64,000 bases of DNA, from NCBI GenBank assembly GCA_051362555.1, contig CM120643.1, positions 12,808,644 through 12,872,643 on the forward strand. Reading direction: 5' to 3'. Under the pieces are notes generated by a model, which ran no database searches, was not told the DNA's origin, and was given only the letters and a program-made list of their open reading frames with translations. Source of the DNA: Lingula anatina (lineage: Eukaryota; Animalia; Brachiopoda). The position numbers and the translations under genes were made by a program. How positions within the stretch are numbered: the stretch's first letter is position 1; each line of letters opens with the position of its first letter. Positions 55,005 to 64,000 of the stretch are shown piece after piece.

Positions 55005-56214
55005 GCAGTTAACCAGAAACAAAAGTGTAACAATAAAATTGTAAAGAAACTGTTTTTTTCTATAACAGCAACATTTTCCAATTAAGCAATGATGATTAAA
55101 CTCAAAACATTTGGCAATTCATCAAAACTTCGGTGAACATAATTGCCTTCAGCTCTGTGCGCAACATCTAACAAAGCTTTAAAAACACATTCTAATCTAA
55201 CACTAATACTGGGTTATTCCTTAATAGTCTAGGAATACATCTTCTCCCTAAAGGCAGAGGCAAATTATTGGTGCCAAATTATACAATTTTTTTAAAAATT
55301 CTCTTAGAAATGAACTTCCACATTTTCCTAATCTGCCAGCCCATCAATGCCCAACCTCTACTTTATTTTATTCACTCATTCAAATCATAAACAAGCTTTC
55401 TAGTTAACTAAAGAAATAATTTTTTCCTTTTCATAACACATGCAATTTATAACTTTTAAATTTCATATACTTAAGTCACAAAATTTGCTTTATTTTGATT
55501 CAAGAAATTTGTTCTTCGTGAAAAAGCAAATGGCATCAAGGAATTGCACATTGCATACATTATATGGCACTGGTACATGGCAAGGTACTGAGGAGTATTT
55601 GAGCCCAGACCAAGGCTGTTGGTAAATCAATGTAGTTTAACATTGGTGGATCCATTTTTTAGGGAGGGGGTGGGTAAGGCAGACTCATAATTTCACCTTA
55701 CTTTGTTTTGTGTTTTTCCTAGTGAAGATAAATTTCTTTAACTACAAGAAAAAAAAAAACAATATCATAATCTATTATCATAATGTATTCTTGTTGAGAA
55801 AATCTTTAACTTTTCACTTCTAACACAAATTTTTTGATATCACAAATTCAAATTCTTAGTTCATTTCTGACCTATCCTGAAATGTTATCAAAATCCCTCC
55901 ATGACATTTTGACATTTTCTGCAAACAAACAGTGCAACAAAGGCAAAAACTAAACCTCTTTGTCAAAGGTTATTTTCCACACCCTCACCACAACCACCCA
56001 TGCAAGTTCTAACACATTACACAATGAATGCACAAAATACTCTCTGAAAATATTGGGTTGGCAACTTATTGATGCTCCATTTACAATGCAAAAATCCAAT
56101 TGTTGACCTTAGTGCATTTTTGTTTTCCATGCTAATGAAGCAGCTTTGGAGAAAAATCTACTATATATAACATATCAACATTCATAGTAAGAATTACAGA
56201 AAACTGCACTGCTC

Positions 56215-56257
<43 letters not shown>

Positions 56258-56345
56258 GGTTCACCACATGCATAATATTTTCTTCTACACCACTACATTA
56301 ACAATGCTCCAATTTTTACAGTTACACATCAAAAACATTAAAATA

Positions 56346-56348
<3 letters not shown>

Positions 56349-56416
<68 letters not shown>
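56349..56416. repeat. (AT)n microsatellite, with an (AAT)n run at ~56215-56257
   Basis: Direct reading. Confidence 0.95.
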
Positions 56417-56421
<5 letters not shown>

Positions 56422-59400
56422 ATTCACATAAAGCTTTTTTCCTATTCAGAAAAATCCTATATCAAAAACTACTAGTAAAGGTTCTTGAAGTAATACTTTT
56501 TCCTTAATCAAAAACGAAACATTAAAGTCAATGGCTGATCTTCTTCCCCTTAGACATTAAGTAATTGATCACATTTAGAGTACTTTCAGCCTGAAAAGAA
56601 CAATTATCATTTTTTAATACTTTATTAAGTGGGAACAAAGTGATGCCAATACTGTACAAAAAAAAGTGTGAAATGTGACTAATTTCGAAATACTGTGACT
56701 TTCTAATTAGAATAAAAATCAAACATTAACAGCTTGAATAAATAAATAATATACTCCAATAAACTACAGCCATTTGCCTGTCACGGCAAGCTTTGTGCAG
56801 TCATGACAACATATACCAAAATAAAAAATTTCATATACCCCTAAAAATAGGTCTAAATTAGTATATATTGTGAAGTAATGCAACAGTAGTTGTCTAGTAT
56901 CTTTTGCTTGTTCAGTTCATTCACTGATATGTGGATCTTTTTCATTTATCGCCGTTTTGTCATGACCCTTTCTCTATTCATTGGTATTCATGATCAAAAT
57001 TTGGTAAAGATACTCAGTAATATTTCTGCATTCCATAAAGGGCCATACCCTCTCTTAAATTTGAAAAAAAAAAATCCAATTGCAAATCCTTGTCAAAAGC
57101 CAATTGAAGATTTTTACTGTAGTCCACCAGATTCCAGCAACATTAAGTCCTCAGTATATACCAAAATTCACATAAGTGAAAATCCTTTTCAGGCCCTGCT
57201 GTGCATCCAACGGTCAACCAAGTTTTTTTTTTTTTTTTTTACAGAGCATCCTTGAATATGAAAATTGATCAGTTCCTTGGAAGTACAACAGTTCCTATTG
57301 GACGAGACAAGCAGCCATTCCCTTTTTCCAAGAGTTAATAAATAAATAAATGGACAAGGATTTATTCAATGGAAATGCTGATTGAGAATGGTTAATCTTA
57401 AGTTCTTAAACCTTTGTTCTTCCCACCTCAACACCCGTGTACAAATCCAGCTCAGTACAATCTTTGACTTATGCTGGGAGTTTGTTTCTACTTTTAAAAA
57501 GCCATCTTCCGTTTAACCAGAACGACCAGTCCAGCTCTTACTGTCCCAGGTCAATCACACATCCTTGATCAGCTTCTAAAAGATAAATTTTCTTACAAAT
57601 GTTTACTGTCACATATCTTGTCCACTCTTGGTTGAAGATCTTTCAAGTTATTCAGGCTTCTGGATTGGTCACAAATTTTTGCAGAAAAGAAAAAAGACCT
57701 GAAAATTATCAAGTGATAAGTTTGTTCAGCAATCCAAGTCTTCTGCAAAATAAATATATTTCTGTAACCTGAAATTATTTCTTCAATGTGTGTACATGCA
57801 TAGTTGTTAAACTTTTATTACTGATCCATCAGTATTATAAAGTTTCCCCAATGACAGAAAAATTATCCAATATCTTACAGTCACAGTCACCAGTAACACG
57901 TCGCAGTATGTACAGGATCCAAAACTATTACTTCCCCTCCATTTTATTGGTCTATGTTACCACCAAACAGACATTCTTTTTGTTAAGAATTCGAGAACCT
58001 GGTTTGATGATGTGGGAGTAGTCCCAGTCTTAAACTCTGAAAAAGCTATTTCCAGTGTGGATTGGAGGAAGAATTGGGTGCACCAATGGTCACATGGTTG
58101 ATGATGATGATGATGATGAGAATTCAAGCAATCAGTCACCAGTTTCCATCTCAGACACAGCAGCAATTTGAGTTTTCTGCCAATCATAATTTATAATTTC
58201 GTGATCAAATTGAAATTCAACCTCTCAGATATCCATTTCCATTTCATTTCAGCTGTAAATTATTTAGCCAATCAGACATCTTTATTCATTTTCTCTGGAT
58301 AGGAAAGTGCCGCCAATCAAATGATCATTTTCAATGATGAGTTTCTTGTAAAATAGCAGGGTCAAGCAATCATATTTGAATGATTTAAGAAAGAAGAAAT
58401 GATAAATCATGCATATATTATAAAAACTATAATAATTACTTACCCATACACTGAAAAAAATGCATTTAACTAACAGAAACTTAGGGTAAAGATATCATAT
58501 TTCTTTCATTTTTCATCCAAAACGATCAATGTCCTCCCCATCATCAACTGGCAAAAATAGTCATCCTCATTGATAAGTTAAGCGCCTGGCAAAAAGAAAA
58601 ACAGGGCTACAGACTGAAATACTGTCAGTCTTCTGGTGGCCAGTCCAAGTAAAGTGAGAAGAAATGAGTGGTTATCTGAGGGCACTAACACACAGTCCAA
58701 AATCTGCCAAATGGTCTACATTGTGGTGTGCAGATAAAATTAAAGCATGCTGTTTTTATATATTTTTCCATAAATCAAGAACTGAATATGGTCAAAAAGT
58801 TCTGTAGCAGTTTGTGTACAAGTGCAAGTCAATTAAAAAGGAAAAGTCACAGGGAAGAAAATTTTACAGGAACCATTTCAATTATGTCAATTCTTTGTAA
58901 AACATGACTAAATCCAATCCACCAACAGTACACTGTGGGCCAGAGCTTACACCAAACATTCAAAGTTTTCCCGAATTCATGAATTCCATATGTATTAGCT
59001 TGAAGCTTGAGCTTGCCAGGGCTTCCAAACAATTATACTGCACAGTTCAATCAATTTGGCAGCACTATCCTTTCATATATATATATATATATATATAATT
59101 ATTTATTTATTATTATTTTTTTTTTTTGTGGTACATTGCTTTTAGGTTTGCCATAATCTTTGGTCAACTCATTAAGTTATACCTGTGACTGTGAAGTAGA
59201 CTAAATTCCTTTTCTTCTGTCTCCAAAAGACCCCTTTCATGTTTTGATTACTTTTTTTTAATCAGCAAAAAGCAGACCACAGATGTAACAGAATTTTTAA
59301 AAAATAAATATATACATATTTGGGAACAACTTTATGATTTTACAGTACTAAGTGCAAAAAAGTGCAGTTCATCTGACAAGGAAAAGGTCAATCTGTCCGT

Positions 59401-59488
59401 CTAGAATACAAGGCAGTCAGTGTCAAATCAAGTTTTTTATGATTCAATTAAAACTCTTCAACTCCTACGATATTTACCTTCATAACTT

Positions 59489-62400
59489 TCACACATTGTG
59501 CACCTGTTTGAGTTTGATAGCCCTTTCTTTCATCACTTTCAGATTCAAATTCTTTACAGCTGCCTTTGCATCTCCAATGGACCTGAACGCCACCAGTGCA
59601 TCACCAGTGCTCTGTCCTTTCACATCAGTGTGTATCCTCACAGAGTCGGTTATAGGTCTATAGTCACGGAAAAAGTCGAGAATGTCCACCTTGTTGGCCT
59701 CAATCGAGAGGTTAGAGGCATGGAGGACACACCCAGGTTTGCCAATGGTAGACAAGTCCACTTTTCGTAAAACATCTTCTTTTGGTCTAACATCTGGAGG
59801 ATACTTTTCAAATGATGGGCCCCTGCTGGCATTGTAGCGCGTAACTGTGATGTACCGATGTCTCATAGACCTTTTATCTCTTTGAAGAGCAAACTTTAGA
59901 TCTCTGTATGTTTCAAACTCCACATAAGCACTGCCTATGGCCCGCCCTGCTTTATCCCTCACAATATGCATGCCTCTGTCCAGAATGTGCAAAGGTTTAA
60001 AGAATTCCCTAACATCACTATCCTCTGCGTCATATGGCAATCCTTGAAGAAACGCTGAAAAATTGTCCTTTTTCACTGAGCCAAAATGTGCTTTCTGGGG
60101 AAATTCCTCAAAAGAACCTTCTTTGAAAGAGTAAATGAACTTGTGATTGTCTACCTTGTCTCGCATATGCTTCCAAGAGATAGGACTAATTGTAATACTG
60201 GGTGCTTTTCCTAAGGGATCACGGCCACTCTTACGTAAAGTTGACTCAAAGTCACGTCGACACCCCATTTCAAGGTATGCACTGCCCATACATGTGCCTC
60301 TGCGGTCAAACTCTACAAAGAGACTCCCTTCTGCCCACTGAAACCCACGCATGAAGGAACGCACCTGATGTTTCTCAGTGCTGGGATGTAGATTAGAAAG
60401 CTCAAGCCAAAGACCACTGTCTTGAGGGTCTCTCTCTTCCATGGGCAGAGGGCCCTCTCGTTTTCGTTTCACACTGGGAGCATAGTCTTCTTCTTTAGGG
60501 AGGTATGGATCTACAGCTCTTTCAAAGTCCTCCAGTTGACAGGGGGTCATCTGGAGAGATCTTTCTCCCATAAGTTGATAGTTCAGTTTCATGGCTTCGT
60601 CATAGTCCCATCGGGATGCAAACTTAACAACTCCTGTGCCATTCCTTCTTCCTCGGTGGTCGTTACAAAGCTTGATTCCATCCCTAGCAATCTTTATTCC
60701 TTGAAAAAACTTGCTTACATCATCATACCGAACAGTGAAAGGCATGTTACTCAGTTCCATGCAAACCCCAAAGTGTCTTTCATCCTTGAAGGAGGGTCTA
60801 TTTGTATCACCGTATCTCCTTGGTTCAACATCATCAGGACTTCGAGGGGTTTCAAGGAGAGGTCTTTTAAATGGTGGGGCACTAATGTGCCTGTCATTGG
60901 CATCAACCATCGTCTGTTCAGTAAATGGTTCACCAATGTTTTCGTTCCTGCCCATATGACCTCTTGATTCTTGGAGACTATCATTCCAGTTATCCAATGA
61001 ATGTCTAGCCCCACTCATGCTTGACTCTTCAATGTCATTAAAATTTCTGCCATCTGTGTTAATGTCACGTGCGACCCTGTCCTGGTTCCATTCCCCTCTG
61101 TCATAAACAGCAGGTCGTTCAGGTTCATCTCTATGTTGATCTTGCCTTGGGGTTAGATCACGATGCATTCTTTCTTGTGGCCTGGTTCTATCTCTGTCAT
61201 ATACCTGAACTAGACGATCAATACCATGCTGTGGTGGGGTTAAACTTCTTTTATGTCTTGAAACATGTTGGTCCAATTTCCGACTAGCACTTCTGTGAGA
61301 TGAAATATCCCTACTTTGCTCATACTCATTTATTTCTCTATCTAAAATCCTGCCTCCAAAACCATAGGGCTCATTCATATGTGATTGTCCCCTTTGCAAC
61401 ACCTGGTCATCTAGTCCATGCAGGGATCCATTCAAACTTTGATCAGGCTCATTAATAGAAACATAAGTGTCTTGAGATCTACCAAGGTCTCTTTGGTCAA
61501 TATCTCCCTGTGGAACAAATTGCTCTGGAGGCAAGATTTCAGATGATCTCCTGAGCTCAACCACCCTGGTGTTAAAATCTTGTTCAGGTTGATAATCTTG
61601 TTCTTGGCGGATATGCCTCGACTGATCAAGCTTCTCCCGGAGGTCATTAACCCTGTGTCCATTTCTACCATCTCCAAGATCTGTCATTCGAACTGGTGGG
61701 CCCCTATGACCTGATGGTCCTTGACGGTCATTCTTAGTATGATCAGGTCCTCTTTGAATTGGCCTTCCTACTGAAGCAGATGGTCCTCCATAGTTAGACA
61801 CGCCTCTGTGATCAGATTCTCTTAAACGGGGTGACCTTCGGGGATCACGTGATCCTCGAGAATCCAAGCTTCGGCCTTCCGATTCTCTTTGAAAATGTGG
61901 ACGATGTTGTCCTGGGGGACTTCTATAATGGACATCATGACCTGGATCTGAACTCTCAACTTGTTGGGGTCCATTTCTGTAGCCATCATGCATTGCGCCA
62001 CCTCCTGCAGGCCAAGGACCTTTCCCTCTTGGGTTAGAATGCTGCTGTCCTGCAGGATTGTACCTACTATTTTGTGCTGAAGCCCTGTATTCCTCGGATA
62101 GGTATAACCTTCCCTTATCCCCATATTTTCCTCCAAATGAGGACCTACCATGGGGCGCTCTGTATGAGTCATTTCCGGATTCAGGCCCAGAGGCTCTAAA
62201 TGGGGGTTCTGCAGGTGCTGGGGCCCCTTGGCCAGATTTTTGAGGTGCAGGAAATCTCCTTGCCTGGGTTATCACATTTTGCATCTCTGCCTTACTGCTC
62301 AGTAATAGCTTGATTATCTGTCCATTGATCTTCCCTTCCATCATCATGGCCCTCCTGGCATCTTCATCTGTGGAGAAGGCAATAAAAGCATCCCCACTGG

Positions 62401-62515
62401 TTCCTCCGATGATGTGAACACCTCCATCTGGGATAGAAAGCCCTTGAAAAAACTTCCTAATGTCCAGGGCATTGGCAGTCCAAGGTAGCCCCTGCAGTCG
62501 TATTATCACTGACAT
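59489..62515 (-). CDS. RBM12: RNA-binding protein 12/12B family (multi-RRM), 1008 aa, single coding exon
   Basis: N-terminal RRM MSVIIRLQGLPWTANALDIRKFFQGLSIPDGGVHIIGG...DAFIAFSTDEDARRAM...LLLSSKAEMQNVI is the RBM12 signature. A long low-complexity linker is followed by four further RRM-like blocks (LSNMPF, LSNLHP, LQGLPY, ASNLSI). Splice acceptor at 62570-62571 in the 5' UTR; probable upstream donor at 63552-63553. Confidence 0.95.
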   Translation of the reverse strand: MSVIIRLQGLPWTANALDIRKFFQGLSIPDGGVHIIGGTSGDAFIAFSTDEDARRAMMMEGKINGQIIKLLLSSKAEMQNVITQARRFPAPQKSGQGAPAPAEPPFRASGPESGNDSYRAPHGRSSFGGKYGDKGRLYLSEEYRASAQNSRYNPAGQQHSNPRGKGPWPAGGGAMHDGYRNGPQQVESSDPGHDVHYRSPPGQHRPHFQRESEGRSLDSRGSRDPRRSPRLRESDHRGVSNYGGPSASVGRPIQRGPDHTKNDRQGPSGHRGPPVRMTDLGDGRNGHRVNDLREKLDQSRHIRQEQDYQPEQDFNTRVVELRRSSEILPPEQFVPQGDIDQRDLGRSQDTYVSINEPDQSLNGSLHGLDDQVLQRGQSHMNEPYGFGGRILDREINEYEQSRDISSHRSASRKLDQHVSRHKRSLTPPQHGIDRLVQVYDRDRTRPQERMHRDLTPRQDQHRDEPERPAVYDRGEWNQDRVARDINTDGRNFNDIEESSMSGARHSLDNWNDSLQESRGHMGRNENIGEPFTEQTMVDANDRHISAPPFKRPLLETPRSPDDVEPRRYGDTNRPSFKDERHFGVCMELSNMPFTVRYDDVSKFFQGIKIARDGIKLCNDHRGRRNGTGVVKFASRWDYDEAMKLNYQLMGERSLQMTPCQLEDFERAVDPYLPKEEDYAPSVKRKREGPLPMEERDPQDSGLWLELSNLHPSTEKHQVRSFMRGFQWAEGSLFVEFDRRGTCMGSAYLEMGCRRDFESTLRKSGRDPLGKAPSITISPISWKHMRDKVDNHKFIYSFKEGSFEEFPQKAHFGSVKKDNFSAFLQGLPYDAEDSDVREFFKPLHILDRGMHIVRDKAGRAIGSAYVEFETYRDLKFALQRDKRSMRHRYITVTRYNASRGPSFEKYPPDVRPKEDVLRKVDLSTIGKPGCVLHASNLSIEANKVDILDFFRDYRPITDSVRIHTDVKGQSTGDALVAFRSIGDAKAAVKNLNLKVMKERAIKLKQVHNV

Positions 62516-63553
62516 AATAATATTTACTGCTGTGCAACTGGTATCATGTAGATGATTCAGGGTTCAATACTGGAAGAGAAAAAGCATTTTGTTTAAAAAA
62601 AAAAAAAAAAAAAAAATAATAATAATAATGTTTATGTACAACTAAAATAGTTGGATTGTATAATAATATATAACTAAACATAACTGCTTATTTACTAAAT
62701 GAAATAATATTAGTAAAATTGTTAATTAAAAATGTTAAGATGGAATCAAAAATATGGTACTCCATGGATATTTAAAAATACCTTAATAGTCATTTAAAAA
62801 CACACAAAAAGTTAAGTTTTTAAGTTATCATTGCCCATGGTATGAAAGTTATTGAAGATCTGATAGTTCTCAATATTGGTATGGTATATTTTTAAGTCTG
62901 ACACAGAGTACATTATATTTTCCCATTTAATTTGCCTCAGGCAGTAGATGGTGTGTTTTATGATCTTTGGGCATATTGTGGAGCAATGCTTTAGATAGCT
63001 TATTCCTCCTGCTGGCAAGTGTTAAACAGTTAGAAATTGTGAGTCCCCTTTCATATGAACTTTCACATTAACTGACATTAAGTAGCAATAAATTCATTAA
63101 CAGAAATCCCTTTGAACTTTGAAACCTCATAATTTTACCTTTAGATATTTTTTCTAAATTATATTTTAATATTAATATAATCAAACTTTTTTTTTCAACT
63201 TCAAACTAAAAAATAAACTCGTTGATAGAAAGTGGGATACGATAATATCATGTCATCTAAAGCTTTTTCCATACTGCAGGGTAAACACGAAGTTCCTTTT
63301 GATGAGCTGCCAAAATCATTTGTGCAAGGAAAAGAAAATGACGCAGGGGATTCCCCCCCATTTCCCCCCACGCCTCCCGCTGGTAAACAATATTTGCTTT
63401 ATCATTCACGGAAGTTTTTTCACAAAATCTGCCCTTTATAGTAGCTTCCAAAGTTTTTGAGGATTATATGCCACTGCTCTTATATCAATATATGATAAAA
63501 TCTACTTGAATTTGCGTGAGGTTACCCCAAGAAAGGAATAAAAACTCGCTCAC

Positions 63554-63714
63554 CTCACATTTTGCCTTGACACGAGCGGCTGAAGCTTCTGTTATCAGAA
63601 GCTCAGAAGCACACGGAAATTCGCTATTTGATTGGTCCCTTTTGTAAATATAAAAATTTGACCAATCAACTCGTGTAACCTGTAACAGGTGCGGTCCTTC
63701 CATTCCAAACAACA
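63554..63714. promoter_or_regulatory. Compact bidirectional promoter and 5' UTRs shared by RBM12 and TMEM67
   Basis: The minus-strand donor (gag|gtgagc, 63553) lies only ~160 bp from the TMEM67 ATG. Opposed CCAAT boxes ATTGG 63631-35 and CCAAT 63662-66; X-box-like GTAACCTGTAAC 63675-63686. Confidence 0.55.
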
Positions 63715-63919
63715 ATGGCGGTAAAGGGAAGAGAAAAAGTCTTAATTTTGGTTATTTTTGTTTCTTATTCCTTAGCGCAAACATATTTTAGGAGTTTAGA
63801 GCTTCCAAGCGAGTGCAAACAAAAGAAATCTGGAAGTAGAGATAATTTTTTCGATATCTCTCAGCTTGCCTGCCAACCGTGCAACCAAAATAGTTCTGTC
63901 CAGACGCATAGTGCGGACG
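63715..63919 (+). CDS. TMEM67: Meckelin/TMEM67, first coding exon (gene continues beyond the window)
   Basis: Signal peptide (VLILVIFVSYSLA) then P-x-x-C...FFDISQLACQPC...DG, matching the meckelin cysteine-rich N-terminus (human PEKC...YFDISALSCVPC). Phase-1 donor gttagt at 63920. Confidence 0.82.
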
Positions 63920-64000
63920 GTTAGTAAAAAAAAAAAAAAATATTATGCTGTTTATAACAACCACTTATATAATCATATGACAGCTTTTATGGTCGTTGCT

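Noticed and set aside
60422-60967. 181-aa plus-strand ORF and other ORFs overlapping RBM12
   Set aside because: These are antisense or alternative-frame shadows of the long RBM12 CDS, with no independent features.

Overview
AT-rich, intron-containing animal genomic DNA. A lophotrochozoan/mollusc-like origin is inferred from the repeat types and protein sequences; the species cannot be determined. I spliced six protein-coding genes by hand from GT-AG junctions with consistent phase: two tandem glutathione synthetase paralogues (+, 3806-9036 and 10326/10470-16502, 12 coding exons each, 32 aa differences), an SLC22 organic-cation-type transporter (+, 26122-31614, 10 exons), sorting nexin-16 (-, 34446-53101, 7 exons), an RBM12-family gene with one coding exon (-, 59489-62515), and the first exon of TMEM67/meckelin (+, from 63715), head-to-head with RBM12. 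Repeats include a Helentron/HINE-like element carrying a 161-bp tandem array, several MITEs, a 34-bp minisatellite, a possible solo LTR and microsatellites. The most notable signal is the second GSS copy. Its ancestral ATG is mutated to AAG, an upstream in-frame ATG would add a 44-aa Arg-rich, acid-free extension resembling a mitochondrial presequence, and its substitutions cluster in the gamma-glutamylcysteine-binding loop while other exons stay nearly identical to copy 1. This makes it a candidate relocalised or neofunctionalised glutathione synthetase. No rRNA, tRNA or CRISPR array was seen.
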